This document shows positions 21,720 through 36,035 of a stretch of DNA of 64,000 nucleotides, in pieces (the first letter of the stretch is position 1; each line of letters opens with the position of its first letter). Origin of the DNA: Candidatus Deferrimicrobiaceae bacterium (GTDB lineage Bacteria > Desulfobacterota > Deferrimicrobia > Deferrimicrobiales > Deferrimicrobiaceae); the NCBI GenBank assembly GCA_963792415.1, contig CAWBVY010000006.1, forward strand, positions 832,001 to 896,000. Reading direction: 5' to 3'. The notes under the pieces are model-generated. The model was not told the DNA's origin, searched no databases, and saw nothing but the letters and a program-made list of their open reading frames with translations. A program made the position numbers and the translations under genes.

Positions 21720-22562
21720 TTATTCCGCCGCGGTGGGGGCTTGCGCCGCCGCGGGAGCTTTCGGAGCGATGGAGACTTCCTCGTCCCCCTCGGTGGAGAT
21801 GAGCGACACCGTGACTTCGGGCGCCTCCGCTTCCTTGTCGATGCGGGAGGCGTTCTTCTCCGCGTAGGCCGCCTTCCCCTCGAGGATCGCGTCGGCCATC
21901 TTGGAGAGGAACAGCTTGATCGCGCGGATGGCGTCGTCGTTCCCCGGGATCACGACGTCGATCAGGTCGGGGTCGCAATTCGTGTCCACGATGGCGACGA
22001 TGGGGATCCCCAGCCGCCGGCCCTCGAGGATCGCGATCGTCTCCCGCGACGGGTCGACGACGAACATCGCGTCCGGCACGCGCCGGAGATCCCGGATGCC
22101 GCCGAGGGTCTTCTCGAGCTTGACCCGCTCCTTCTCGAGCTGCAGGACTTCCTTTTTGGGGAGCCGCTCGGCGGTGCCGTCGGTCCCGATCTCCGAAAGC
22201 TTCTGCAGACGGTCGAGGCTCTTCCGGATCGTGCTGAAGTTCGTGAGCATCCCGCCCAGCCAGCGCTGGTTGACGTACGGCGTGCCCGCCCGGCGGGCCT
22301 CCTCCTCCACCGCCTCCTGCGCCTGCTTCTTCGTTCCGACGAAGAGGACCGTCTTTCCCTCCGCCGCCATGCTCCGCACCGCCTCGTAGGCGGCCCGGAA
22401 CATCTTCACCGTCTGCTGAAGGTCGATGATGTAGATCCCGTTGCGTGCGGTGAAGATGTACCGCTTCATCTTCGGGTTCCATCGCTTCGTCTGGTGCCCG
22501 AAGTGGACCCCCGCCTCCAGCAGCTGCTTCATCGAGATTACCGAGCTCTGTCCGTTCGCCAT
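21720..22562 (-). CDS. rpsB: 30S ribosomal protein S2
   Basis: [19 protein letters not shown] and [10 protein letters not shown] motifs. Confidence 0.98.
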   Translation of the reverse strand: MANGQSSVISMKQLLEAGVHFGHQTKRWNPKMKRYIFTARNGIYIIDLQQTVKMFRAAYEAVRSMAAEGKTVLFVGTKKQAQEAVEEEARRAGTPYVNQRWLGGMLTNFSTIRKSLDRLQKLSEIGTDGTAERLPKKEVLQLEKERVKLEKTLGGIRDLRRVPDAMFVVDPSRETIAILEGRRLGIPIVAIVDTNCDPDLIDVVIPGNDDAIRAIKLFLSKMADAILEGKAAYAEKNASRIDKEAEAPEVTVSLISTEGDEEVSIAPKAPAAAQAPTAAE

Positions 22563-22584
22563 CCCTTCCGTTCCTCCTTCGGTT

Positions 22585-22670
22585 CAGGGGTTGTTCCGCC
22601 GGGCGCTCCGCCCCTCCCCATTTACCCCGTCGATACGGGGCACCCCGGGGAGAGTCCCGCCCGTGGGTGA
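22585..22670 (-). ncRNA. Ribosomal S2 leader (t44-like cis-regulatory RNA)
   Basis: 5' of rpsB: CACCCACGGGCG...CCGGGGTGCCCC...CGCCCGGCGGAACAACCCC, similar to the conserved rpsB leader and able to form a long stem. Confidence 0.6.
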
Positions 22671-22698
22671 TAAACTGCAGCTAAGCCTTGCATCTATA

Positions 22699-23892
22699 TC
22701 ACGATCTATACCCCGAGTTCAACTTCACATACGCGACGCTCAGGTCGGAGAAGTAGACGTAGTCGAACCCCTTCCCCAACCCGAGGTCGACGTCGATGGC
22801 GTACGCCTCCGACCGGATCTTCGGGACGGCGCGGCGCTCCGCGGCCGGGTCGGGGCGCATCCCCCGGCGCAGCAGCGTTTCCCCGGCGAACCGCACCGAG
22901 ACCTTCATCGGGTCCACCGAGATCCCCGCACGGCCGAGCACCGCGATCACCCGGCCCCAGTTCAGGTCGGCGCCGTGGACGGCGGTTTTCACCAGCGGGG
23001 AGGAAGCGGCCGCGCGGGCCGCCTTCGTTGCATCCGCGGAGGTGCGTGCGCCGGTGACCGACAGCCGGACCACCCGGGTCGCCCCCTCTCCGTCGCGCAC
23101 GATCATCAGCGCGAGGTCCAGCAGCAGCGAGAGGAGCGCCTCCCGGAACGCGGCGAGGCCTTTCCCTTTCAGCGGGGGCAAACCGCACGCTCCGTTGGCG
23201 AAGAGAGCCGCGGTGTCGTTGGTGCTCGTGTCGCCGTCGACGACGATTCGGTTGAACGTCGCGTCGGTCGCCTCCCGCAGCAGGCGGCGGGCGGTGGAGG
23301 GCGCCAGTGCCGCGTCGGTGAACGCGTAGGCGAGCATCGTCCCCATGTTCGGTGCGATCATCCCGGCGCCCTTCGCGATCGCGCCGATCGTGACCGTGCG
23401 CCCCCCCACGCGGATCTTCCGGATCCCGCGCTTCGGGAAGGCGTCCGTCGTGCAGATCGCCTCCCCCGCCCCGGCGATCCCCTTCGGGGAGAGGCGGGCG
23501 GCGAGGCCCGGCAGGGCCGCGACGATCTTCTCCACCGGCAGCGGTACGCCGATGACGCCGGTGGAGCCGATCAGCAGCGAATCGGCCGGCAGACCGAGGG
23601 CTTCGACGGCCGCCCGGGACGTCTCGCGGACCGCGTGGATCCCGGCGGTTCCGGTGCAGGCGTTCGCGTTGCCGCTGTTCGCCACGATCCCGCGCAGTCG
23701 GGAGCGGGCGCGCAGCGCCTTCCCCCAGACGACGGGGGCGGCCGCCACCTTGTTCCTCGTGAAGACCACGGCGGAGACGCACGGACGGTCGCTGACCACC
23801 AGCGCGAGGTCCGGCTTCCCGGTCTTCTTGATCCCGCAGAAATCCGCGGAGGCCCGGAACCCGGGAACGACGATCTCCTCCGGCAGCTTCAT
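22699..23892 (-). CDS. argJ: Glutamate N-acetyltransferase / amino-acid acetyltransferase ArgJ
   Basis: NSGNANACTG, AKGAGMIAPNMGTML, DGDTSTND and DGEGAT motifs. Confidence 0.96.
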   Translation of the reverse strand: MKLPEEIVVPGFRASADFCGIKKTGKPDLALVVSDRPCVSAVVFTRNKVAAAPVVWGKALRARSRLRGIVANSGNANACTGTAGIHAVRETSRAAVEALGLPADSLLIGSTGVIGVPLPVEKIVAALPGLAARLSPKGIAGAGEAICTTDAFPKRGIRKIRVGGRTVTIGAIAKGAGMIAPNMGTMLAYAFTDAALAPSTARRLLREATDATFNRIVVDGDTSTNDTAALFANGACGLPPLKGKGLAAFREALLSLLLDLALMIVRDGEGATRVVRLSVTGARTSADATKAARAAASSPLVKTAVHGADLNWGRVIAVLGRAGISVDPMKVSVRFAGETLLRRGMRPDPAAERRAVPKIRSEAYAIDVDLGLGKGFDYVYFSDLSVAYVKLNSGYRS

Positions 23893-23896
23893 CCCC

Positions 23897-26443
<2,547 letters not shown>

Positions 26444-26468
26444 GATGGGAAGCCCCGCGGAGGATCCG

Positions 26469-27350
26469 TCAGTTCAGAAATCGCGCGGGGTTCACCGGGA
26501 GGCCGTTGACGCGGACCTCGTAGTGCAGGTGGGGCCCTGTGGAACGCCCCGTGGAACCGACTTTCCCCAGTTTCTCTCCCCGGTTGACGAACTCCCCCTC
26601 TTCGACGCTGCGCGACGACAGGTGGGCATAGATGGAACGATACCCCGCTCCGTGGTCGAGGACGACCATGTTCCCGTACAGCGCCTCGTAGCCGCTCTTC
26701 ACCACGACGCCCGAAGCCGACGCCAGGACCGGCATTCCCGTCCTGGCGACGATGTCCAGGCCGTGGTGGAAGACGGGGGTTTCTGTGAACGGGGAGCTGC
26801 GCACCCCGAACGCGGAGGAAAGGGTCCCTCGCACGGGCCAGCCGCCCGGAATGCTTTCGAGAAGCAGCCTGCGGCTGTCGAGGGTTTCTCCGAGAACGTC
26901 GAGGTCGTTCACGTCGACCAGGAGGTCCTGCTTCATCCGGTCGAACTTGAGGTCGAGCAGCTTGTCGAGGCGGTCCGCAGCCGACGTCTCGGGGGTCTCC
27001 GCCCCGCCGACACCCTTCGGCGATTTCCGCCGGAGGGAGTCGTTGACCTTCACCAGCGACCGGATCCGGTTGTCCATGGCCCGGAGGCGCTCCACCTCGG
27101 CCGAAAGTCCCCCGAACTTGGTGTCCAGGTGATACAGCGCAAGGTTCTGTTCGGACACCCGCTCGCGCAGCGCCCGCAATTCGTGCAATTTCGATATGTT
27201 ATCGCGGATATCGTAGATCCCCTGGGTCAGAAGGACGAACAGGACCCCGAGAACGGAGGCGGCGACCATAGCGGCGGTGCGCCCGACCCGGACTTCCCGG
27301 GATCGACCGGCATACCCGACGCGGAATGTGAACAGAGGATCCCCGGACAA
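26469..27350 (-). CDS. M23 family metallopeptidase with TM anchor and coiled coil (start uncertain)
   Basis: HHGLD, YAHLS and STGPHLHYE motifs; TTG start at 27350 assumed. Confidence 0.88.
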   Translation of the reverse strand: MSGDPLFTFRVGYAGRSREVRVGRTAAMVAASVLGVLFVLLTQGIYDIRDNISKLHELRALRERVSEQNLALYHLDTKFGGLSAEVERLRAMDNRIRSLVKVNDSLRRKSPKGVGGAETPETSAADRLDKLLDLKFDRMKQDLLVDVNDLDVLGETLDSRRLLLESIPGGWPVRGTLSSAFGVRSSPFTETPVFHHGLDIVARTGMPVLASASGVVVKSGYEALYGNMVVLDHGAGYRSIYAHLSSRSVEEGEFVNRGEKLGKVGSTGRSTGPHLHYEVRVNGLPVNPARFLN

Positions 27351-27456
27351 CCGACCCCACCCCCATTGTGGAAAGGAAAAGAGAGGACAGGGTAGCACAC
27401 GAGGATCGCCGCTGTCAATGGAATGAAAACCGAAAGAAAATCGGTGGGATGCACTA

Positions 27457-27645
27457 TCACTCGCCCACCGCCTTCTTCTTGGTCCCGCGGGCCGGCTCCC
27501 GATTCTTGGCGACGACGGGGTCCACAATCTCGCCGCAGTTCACGCACCTCCAGGAGTAGAACAGGGTCAGCATATCCTGGAAGCGCTCGAATACCATCGC
27601 GCCGTCGCACCGGGGGCACCGCACTCTTTTGTCGTTGTTGACCAT
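27457..27645 (-). CDS. Small zinc-ribbon protein
   Basis: CPRC...WRCVNCGEIVDP in 62 aa; AGGAGG RBS. Confidence 0.75.
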   Translation of the reverse strand: MVNNDKRVRCPRCDGAMVFERFQDMLTLFYSWRCVNCGEIVDPVVAKNREPARGTKKKAVGE

Positions 27646-27788
27646 TTCCCGATCCCTCCTTTACCTTATCGATGCTCCGGGAACGGTTTTGGTTCCAATT
27701 GCAGGTTGCGGATCGCTTCCTCCCTGCCATATTATAGGTTGGCAGATGCCGAGGGAAATCCTCCTCCGGCAAGGAGTACCTCGAGAAA

Positions 27789-29672
27789 ATGGCGAAGAAA
27801 CGGCTAGGGGAATTTCTACTCGAGTCCGGCCTCCTTGACGAGAAGGGGCTGGCGCGAGCCCTCGGGGAGCAGCGCACGAAGCGGGGAAAACTCGGGGAGG
27901 TGATCGTCACCCTCGGGCTGGCCACGGAGCAGGAGATCTGCCTGACCCTCTCCCAGCAGCTGGGAATCCCCACGATCGACCTGAAGAACACCCCCGTGGA
28001 GCCCCAGGCGATCGAGCTCATCCAGGAAAAGGTCGCACGGAAACATCTGATCATCCCCGTCGCGATCGACCAGCGCGACCTTCACATCGCGATGGCCGAC
28101 CCGTTGAGCTTCGAGGCGTTCGAGGATGTCCGGTTCGCCTCCGGCTTCACCATCAGGCCGTTCATCGCCCCCCGGTCCGACATCCTCTGGGCGATCGACC
28201 AGCATTACCACCTCGGGTCGTCCCTCAGCACCATCGTCAAGGACATCGTGGATGAGCGACAGATCGAGGTGCTGCACGACTCCCAGGACACCGAGGGGAG
28301 GGACCTCGACGATCTGCGGAAGAAGTCCGAGGCCGCCCCCGTCATCCGGATGGTGAACCTGATCGTCGCCGAGGCGGTCGACCAGAGGGCCTCCGACATC
28401 CACGTGGAGCCGACGAAGACGGCCCTCCAGATCCGTCACCGGGTCGACGGGCTCCTGCGCAAGACGATGGACCTTCCGAAATGGGTCCAGGGGGCGGTCG
28501 TGTCGCGGATCAAGATCATGGCGAGGATGGACATCGCCGAGAAGCGGCTCCCGCAGGACGGCCGGATCGGCGTCCGCGTCGGGGGGCGCAGCCTCGACCT
28601 GCGGGTCTCCACGGTCCCGGCCAATTACGGGGAGAAGGTGGTCATCCGGATCCTCGACTCGGCCAACGCGAACATCCCGCTGGAGTCGATCGGGTTCTCC
28701 CCCGGGGAACTGGTGAAGATGGAGGAGATCATCTCCCGTCCGCAGGGGATCCTCCTCATCACGGGACCCACCGGGTCCGGAAAGACGACCACCCTGTACG
28801 GGATCCTGAACCGGATCAAATCCGCCGAGGACAACATCACGACGATCGAAGACCCGATCGAGTACGAACTTGCGGGGATCAACCAGGTGGCGGTCCAGGA
28901 GAAGATCGGCCTCAGCTTCGCCGTCATGCTCCGGTCGATGCTGCGGCAGGACCCCGACATCATCATGCTGGGGGAGATGCGCGACCTGGATACGACCGCG
29001 ATCGCCGTCCAGGCGGCCCTCACGGGGCACCTGGTGTTCTCCACGATCCACACGAACTCCTCCGTGGCGACGATCACCCGGCTTCGCGACCTCGGGGTAC
29101 CCTCCTTCCTGCTCGCCTCCACGATCATCGGAATCGTGTCGCAGCGCCTCGTCCGCAAGATCTGCCAGAAGTGCAAGACGAAGGCCGACCCCACGGAGCG
29201 GGACATCCTGCGGCTGGGGATCACCGCCGGCGTCCCCGTCTACCGGGGGGCCGGGTGCCCCGAGTGCGGCGGCACGGGATACAAGGGGCGCACCGGCATC
29301 TTCGAGATCATGACGATCACCCAGCCGATCCGGGAGCTGATCGCGAGCAACGCGACGGAGAACGAGCTCCGCCAGGCGGCGGTCTCCAGGGGGATGGTGA
29401 CGCTCGGGCGCGCCGCGCTGGAAAAGGTGATCTCCGGCATCACGACGACCGAGGAGGTGTACCGGGGGGTGGAGACCGACACCGACTTCGCATCCGTCTG
29501 CCCCCAATGCGCCACCCCCATGGAGTGCGACTTCGTCATGTGCCCGTCGTGCGGCTACTCCGCCTCCGCCACCTGCCGCGGGTGCAGCAGGATGGTCTCT
29601 CCCGGGTGGAAATTCTGCCCCTACTGCCGGCAGGACCTGCTGAAGACCGAGTCGCGGCGCAGCTTCGCCTGA
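27789..29672 (+). CDS. PilB/GspE-family secretion ATPase with N-terminal MshEN and C-terminal double zinc ribbon
   Basis: RLGEFLLESGLL..L...Q, GPTGSGKTT, DPDIIMLGEMRD, TGHLVFSTIH; terminal CPQC/CPSC/CRGC/CPYC. Confidence 0.92.
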   Translation: MAKKRLGEFLLESGLLDEKGLARALGEQRTKRGKLGEVIVTLGLATEQEICLTLSQQLGIPTIDLKNTPVEPQAIELIQEKVARKHLIIPVAIDQRDLHIAMADPLSFEAFEDVRFASGFTIRPFIAPRSDILWAIDQHYHLGSSLSTIVKDIVDERQIEVLHDSQDTEGRDLDDLRKKSEAAPVIRMVNLIVAEAVDQRASDIHVEPTKTALQIRHRVDGLLRKTMDLPKWVQGAVVSRIKIMARMDIAEKRLPQDGRIGVRVGGRSLDLRVSTVPANYGEKVVIRILDSANANIPLESIGFSPGELVKMEEIISRPQGILLITGPTGSGKTTTLYGILNRIKSAEDNITTIEDPIEYELAGINQVAVQEKIGLSFAVMLRSMLRQDPDIIMLGEMRDLDTTAIAVQAALTGHLVFSTIHTNSSVATITRLRDLGVPSFLLASTIIGIVSQRLVRKICQKCKTKADPTERDILRLGITAGVPVYRGAGCPECGGTGYKGRTGIFEIMTITQPIRELIASNATENELRQAAVSRGMVTLGRAALEKVISGITTTEEVYRGVETDTDFASVCPQCATPMECDFVMCPSCGYSASATCRGCSRMVSPGWKFCPYCRQDLLKTESRRSFA

Positions 29673-29684
29673 GTCAAAGCCCCC

Positions 29685-30670
29685 TTAGAGGAAGTGGCAC
29701 GCGGCGAAGCGTCCCGGGGCGACCTCGCGCAGGAGCGGGCAGACCTCCGCGCACTCCGCTCTGGCCATGAAACAGCGGGTGTGGAAGCGGCACCCTGGCG
29801 GCGGGGAGATCGGGGAGGGGATCTCCCCCGAGAGGACGATCCGTTCCGACGGAGCGTCTCCCAGCATCGGGACGGCCGACAGCAGAGAACGGGTGTACGG
29901 GTGCAGCGGCTCGCGGAACAGCTCCTGCGCAGGCCCCGTCTCCATCACCTTTCCGAGGTACATCACCGCCACAGCGTCGCTCATGTGCCGGATCACCCGG
30001 AGGTCGTGGGAGACGAACAGGTACGCCATCCCGTACTCCTCCTGGATCTCCTTGAGGAGGTTCAGGATCTGCGCCTGGACGGAGACATCGAGGGCGGACA
30101 CCGGCTCGTCGGCCACCATCAGCTTCGGGGAGAGCGCGATCGCACGGGCGATCCCGATCCGCTGGCGCTGCCCGCCGGAGAACTCGTGGGGATATTTCCC
30201 GCCCGCCTCAGCGGGCATCCCGACCCGGACGAGGAGCCGTTCGGCACGTTCCCGCAGATCCTTCCCCTTCGCCAGCCCGTGGACGAGCCACCCCTCCCCC
30301 ACGATGTCGCGCACCTTCATCCGCGGGTTCAGGGAGGAGTACGGGTCCTGGAAGACGATCTGCATCCGGCGCCGCGTCGTCCGCAGCGCCTCGCCTTCCA
30401 TGCGCGTGATGTCCTTCCCTTCGAACCGGATCGACCCGGAATCGGGGTCGAGCAGCCGGATCGCGAGGCGGGCGAGCGTCGTCTTCCCGCACCCCGACTC
30501 CCCCACCAGCCCGAGCGTCTTTCCGGGCGGAACCGAGAGGGAGACGCCGTCCACGGCGCGCACACGGAGATCGTCCCCGGAGAAGAACGACTTCCGCACC
30601 GGGAACGTCTTGTAGACGTTGACCATCGCGAGGAGCGCGCCGTCCGTTTCCGGCCGGTAGATGCCGCCGG

Positions 30671-30674
<4 letters not shown>
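29685..30674 (-). CDS. Oligopeptide/dipeptide ABC transporter ATP-binding protein (OppF/DppF)
   Basis: GESGCGKT, FSGGQRQR and C-terminal GCRFHTRC motif. Confidence 0.93.
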
Positions 30675-31711
<1,037 letters not shown>

Positions 31712-31718
31712 CGGGAGC

Positions 31719-32573
31719 TCACCGGCCTTTCAGGCGCGGGTCCGCGGCGTCACGGATCCCCTCGCCCAGGAGGTTGTACCCGAGCACGGTGATCAGGATC
31801 GCCAGTCCGGGGAAGAGGGAGAGCCACCAGGCGAACTCGATGTAATTCTTGCCGACGGTGAGGATGTTCCCCCACGAAGGGGTCGGGGGCTGGACGCCGA
31901 TCCCCAGGAACGACAAGGCCGATTCGGTGAGGATCGCCCCCGCCACCCCGAGCGTGGCCGCCACCAGGATCGGCGCCAGTGCGTTGGGCAGGATGTGCCG
32001 GAACACGATCCGGAGGGTCCCCGCCCCCTGGGCCCGCGCCGCCGCAACGAAGTCCCTCTCCTTGAGGGACAGCGTCTCCGCCCGCACCAGGCGCGCCACC
32101 CCCATCCAGCCGGTCAGCCCGATGACCACCATGATGTTCACGATCGACGGGCTCAGGAAGGCGATCACCGACAGGATGAGGAAGAAGGTCGGGAAGCAGA
32201 GCATGATGTCGACGAACCGCATCAGGACGGCGTCGACCCGGCGCCCGTAGAAGCCCGACAGCAGCCCGATCACCAGACCGACGGACGTGGCGATCCCCAC
32301 CGCGACGAACCCGACCTTCATGGACACGCGTGCGCCGTACACCACCCGGGAGAGCACGTCCCTTCCCAGGTCGTCCGTCCCCAGCGGGTGGGCCGCTGAC
32401 GGGGGCTGCAGGATGGTTGCGACGTCGATCCGGTCGGGGTTCTGCGACGTGAACAGCGCCGGGAACGCCGCGACGAGGAAGAAGAGCACGATGACCAGCC
32501 CTCCGGCCACCGTGAGCCGGTTCCGCAGCAGTCTGCGGGCGAAATCCCGCCGGATGCCGGCGCTGCCGCTCAC
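31719..32573 (-). CDS. Oligopeptide ABC transporter permease (OppC/DppC)
   Basis: HPLGTDDLGRD, EAA-like loop and ESALSFLGIG. Confidence 0.93.
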   Translation of the reverse strand: MSGSAGIRRDFARRLLRNRLTVAGGLVIVLFFLVAAFPALFTSQNPDRIDVATILQPPSAAHPLGTDDLGRDVLSRVVYGARVSMKVGFVAVGIATSVGLVIGLLSGFYGRRVDAVLMRFVDIMLCFPTFFLILSVIAFLSPSIVNIMVVIGLTGWMGVARLVRAETLSLKERDFVAAARAQGAGTLRIVFRHILPNALAPILVAATLGVAGAILTESALSFLGIGVQPPTPSWGNILTVGKNYIEFAWWLSLFPGLAILITVLGYNLLGEGIRDAADPRLKGR

Positions 32574-32580
32574 GCGGGCC

Positions 32581-33555
32581 TCATCCCTGCCGGATCCGCG
32601 GGTCCGCGAGAGCGTACCCGACGTCCGCCAGGAGGTTGCCCAGGAGCGTGAGGAACGCGCCGATCGTAAGGATCCCCATGATCAGGGGGTAGTCGCGCGC
32701 CATGACGCCCTGGTAGAACAGCTGGCCCATCCCCGGGATCGCGAAGATCGTCTCGAAGATCACCGACCCCCCCAGAAGCTCCGGCACGGAGAGACCGAGG
32801 ATCGTGATCACCGGGAGGATGGCGTTGCGCATCGCGTGGAGGTAGATCACCTTTCGTTCCGGGAGCCCCTTGGCCCGGGCGGAGGCGATGTAGTCCTGGC
32901 GGATCACCTCGAGCATGTTCGACCGCATGTAGCGCGACATCCCCGCCAGTCCGGTGAAGCCCGCCAGCAGCACCGGCAGCAGGAGGTGACGGGCGCGGTC
33001 CGCGATCTTTCCCATCACGGTCAGGGATTGGTACTCCAGGGAGCCGATCCCTGAGATGGGGAGCCACCCCAGCTTCACTCCGAAGAGGATCATCAGCAGC
33101 AGGGCGAGCCAGAAGGTGGGGATGGAGAACCCCGTGAACACGAATACGGTCGAGACGCGGTCGAAGAGGGAGCCCTGGCGCACCGCGGAATAGATCCCGA
33201 TGGGGATGGCCACCAGGAAGATGAGCCCCATCGACAGGACGTTGATCGTCAGCGTGATCGGGATCCGTTCCCGGATCTTCTCGGCCACCGGGCGGCCGTC
33301 GGGAGAGAAGCTTTCCCCGAAATCGAGCGTCGCCATCCGGGCGAGCCACCGCCCGTACTGGACGTGGAGCGGCTTGTCGAGACCGTAATACTTCTCCAGG
33401 CGTGTGCGGGCCTCCGCGGTCGCCCTTGGGTTCAGATCCGTCGTCAGGCTGATCGGGCCGCCGGGAGCCATGTGGATCATCAGGAAGGAGATGAGGCTGA
33501 TCCCGACGAGGAGGGGGATCGTCAGCAGAAGCCGGCGCGCAACGAACCGGAGCAT
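32581..33555 (-). CDS. Oligopeptide ABC transporter permease (OppB/DppB)
   Basis: YGLDKP, ARAKGL and [14 protein letters not shown] motifs. Confidence 0.93.
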   Translation of the reverse strand: MLRFVARRLLLTIPLLVGISLISFLMIHMAPGGPISLTTDLNPRATAEARTRLEKYYGLDKPLHVQYGRWLARMATLDFGESFSPDGRPVAEKIRERIPITLTINVLSMGLIFLVAIPIGIYSAVRQGSLFDRVSTVFVFTGFSIPTFWLALLLMILFGVKLGWLPISGIGSLEYQSLTVMGKIADRARHLLLPVLLAGFTGLAGMSRYMRSNMLEVIRQDYIASARAKGLPERKVIYLHAMRNAILPVITILGLSVPELLGGSVIFETIFAIPGMGQLFYQGVMARDYPLIMGILTIGAFLTLLGNLLADVGYALADPRIRQG

Positions 33556-33570
33556 CGCTTCCCTACCGCT

Positions 33571-35217
33571 TCACGGCTGGATCCGGTATTTCTGGAGCGC
33601 CTTGGGCACGTACCACCTGGGAAAGTTGTACGAGATGCCCGCGGAAGCGGGATGGATCCCGTGGAACCGCTTCTGGACCACCGGCAGCGCGTCCGGAACG
33701 AAGAGAAAGACATACGGCTGCTCCTCCGCCAGGATCTCCTGGATCCGGAAATACGCCTTCTTCCGCTTCTCGATGTCGAAGGTGCTTCGCCCCTCTTCGA
33801 GGAGTTTGTCCACCTCGGGGTTGGCGAACCCGACGAAGTTCAGCTCCTTGGGCCCCGTCTTCGAGGAGTGCCAGATATCGTACTGGTCGGGGTCGGGCGT
33901 GAGACTCCACCCAAGGATGACCGCGTCGAAATCGCGCTTGTCGATGAACTGGTTGATGAACGCCGCCCACTCCACGGTCCGGATCTTCATCGTGATCCCG
34001 ATCTCCGCCAGGTTCTGCTGCAGGATCGCCGCCGTCTTCGCGCGCGCCTCGTTCCCGGCGTTGGTGAGCACCGTGAACTCGAACGGCCGCCCGTCCTTCA
34101 CGAGCGTCCCGTCCTTCTCCTTCCACCCCGCCTCGGCGAGCAGCGCCTTCGCCCGTGCCGGATCGTGAGTGTACTTCCGGACGTTCGGATTGTACGCCCA
34201 TGTCCCGGGCTTGTACGGTCCCGTCGCCTCCTGCCCAAGGCCCAGAAGGACCCCGTCGATCAGCGCCTTCTTGTCCGCCGCGAAGGCGATCGCCTGGCGG
34301 ACCCGGCGGTCCTTGAAGAAGGGGTGGGACAGCCGGAAGCCGAGGTAGGTGTACGCCGACGCCAGGTACTTGTACTTGTTGAACGAGGTCCTGAAATCCG
34401 GGGCATCGGTCTGCCGCGTGTACTGCGGCGGGGTGAGCGTCATGATGTCCACGCCGCCGGACTTGAGTTCCAGGAACATCGTCGCCTGGTCCGGGATGAC
34501 GCGCGTGATCACCCGCGCGATGTACGGCTTCCCCTCGAAATAGTCGGGGTTGGCGTCGTAGACGACCTTTTCCCCGGTCTTCCACTCGACGAACCGGTAC
34601 GGCCCGGTGCCGACCGGCTTCTTGTTCAGCGGGCTCTTCGAGATGTCCGGGTATTTCTCCAGGAGATGCTTCGGGAGGACGTGCATCCCCCACGACGCCA
34701 GCGCGGGGGCGAACGACCGCGCATACTCGACGACGAAGGTGTGCGGGTCCGGGGCGCTCGCGCGCCTGACCTGTTTGAAATCCTCCGCGTATGCGGTGGG
34801 GGTGCGCGGGTCGATCATCCTGCGGTAGGTGAACATCACGTCCTCGGAGGTGAAGGGGGCGCCGTCCTGCCACTTCACCCCTTTCCGCAGATGAAAGGTG
34901 ATCTTCCTCCCGTCGGGGGAGACCTCCCACGATTTCGCGAGCTCCCCTTCGAGCTTCAGATCCTTGTCGTACCGGACCAGCCCGTTGAAGACGTATCCCG
35001 CCGCCTCGTGGGAGGCGGCGTCCGAGGTCACAGCGGACAGGAAGCCGCTGATGCCGCCGATGCTCCCCTCGACGATCATGTCGCCGTATGCGGGGACATC
35101 CGGGACGGCGGCGGCATTCTCCGGCTGCGCCTCCTTCTTCCCGCTGCCGCACCCCGTGAGGACCGCGAGCAGGATCAGGGCGTGCAGTGCGGCGATCCTC
35201 CGCGGCGTTCGCCTCAT
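33571..35217 (-). CDS. Peptide ABC transporter substrate-binding lipoprotein (family 5)
   Basis: Lipobox LTGC; LAKSWEVS..FHLRKGVKWQDG and GTGPY motifs. Confidence 0.93.
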   Translation of the reverse strand: MRRTPRRIAALHALILLAVLTGCGSGKKEAQPENAAAVPDVPAYGDMIVEGSIGGISGFLSAVTSDAASHEAAGYVFNGLVRYDKDLKLEGELAKSWEVSPDGRKITFHLRKGVKWQDGAPFTSEDVMFTYRRMIDPRTPTAYAEDFKQVRRASAPDPHTFVVEYARSFAPALASWGMHVLPKHLLEKYPDISKSPLNKKPVGTGPYRFVEWKTGEKVVYDANPDYFEGKPYIARVITRVIPDQATMFLELKSGGVDIMTLTPPQYTRQTDAPDFRTSFNKYKYLASAYTYLGFRLSHPFFKDRRVRQAIAFAADKKALIDGVLLGLGQEATGPYKPGTWAYNPNVRKYTHDPARAKALLAEAGWKEKDGTLVKDGRPFEFTVLTNAGNEARAKTAAILQQNLAEIGITMKIRTVEWAAFINQFIDKRDFDAVILGWSLTPDPDQYDIWHSSKTGPKELNFVGFANPEVDKLLEEGRSTFDIEKRKKAYFRIQEILAEEQPYVFLFVPDALPVVQKRFHGIHPASAGISYNFPRWYVPKALQKYRIQP

Positions 35218-35870
35218 TCGGGGTCCCTCTGCAACGTGAACTTTGCTCCACGGACCGACACGACGATCCGCTCCGGCGGGTCCGCCGATCCCCTCCCGGG
35301 GTAGTCGACCGTCACGCGCATCCCGGGGACCCGGTATTCGGCTCCGGCGAGAAACCGCCGCCCCGGGTCGGAGCGCAGTGTCTGGCGGCCGTCGGAAAGT
35401 GACCAGGCGCCGTCTTCGTATCGCGACGTCTCGGCCGAAGTCACCATGTATCCGGGGGCCCCGGAGAGGACCCGCGCGAGCGACACGGGACCCGCGTCGA
35501 TGGGATCCGCCCCGCGGAACCCCGCAAGATCCGCCGCGGGACCACGGGAGATCGCCACGCGGTGGCCGTCATTCTCCAGAAACGCCACCCCGCGGCCGAA
35601 GGGATCGTACAGGCCCACCGTCTCCTCTTCCGGCGACCGGGCGGATACTCCCGCAACGAAGGGGACGACGTCCCCCGCGACGGGCACCGCGGTCCCGGAA
35701 TACGACGCTTTTACGGGAAAGACGACCCGTCCCGGGAGAGCGGCGAAAAATCGCTCCGCGCGGTCGGCTTCCGGACCCGTGACGATCGTCCGCGACGGCG
35801 CGCACGCGCAAAAGGCAACGGCGGCCAGGAGAGGCACGACGGCCCGCAGTGCCTTAGTGCTGCGTTTCAT
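35214..35870 (-). CDS. Putative lipoprotein (LolB-like position after TPR gene)
   Basis: Signal peptide MKRSTKALRAVVPLLAAVAFCAC; the ATG lies inside the MITE terminal repeat. Confidence 0.6.
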   Translation of the reverse strand: MKRSTKALRAVVPLLAAVAFCACAPSRTIVTGPEADRAERFFAALPGRVVFPVKASYSGTAVPVAGDVVPFVAGVSARSPEEETVGLYDPFGRGVAFLENDGHRVAISRGPAADLAGFRGADPIDAGPVSLARVLSGAPGYMVTSAETSRYEDGAWSLSDGRQTLRSDPGRRFLAGAEYRVPGMRVTVDYPGRGSADPPERIVVSVRGAKFTLQRDPE

Positions 35871-36021
35871 AAATACGGTTGCATTCGAGGCCCGCTGCAT
35901 CCGCCCCGGCTTCGTTGCGCTCCCTCACCGTACTTGCCCAGTACGCCTCGGTCGCGACGCCTTGCCGGATGCGGCGCATCGACCCTCTCGGTGCGACACC
36001 GTATTTATGAAACGCAACACT
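35856..36021. mobile_element. MITE (non-autonomous, IS630-like ends)
   Basis: 24-bp terminal inverted repeats AGTGCTGCGTTTCATAAATACGGT / ACCGTATTTATGAAACGCAACACT (1 mismatch), internally palindromic, 166 bp, no transposase. Confidence 0.78.
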
Positions 36022-36035
36022 TGTGCTGCGGAGTA

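Noticed and set aside
27646-27788. Possible sigma54 promoter upstream of the PilB-like gene (TGGTTCCAATTGC)
   Set aside because: GG-to-GC spacing is 8 nt rather than the required 10
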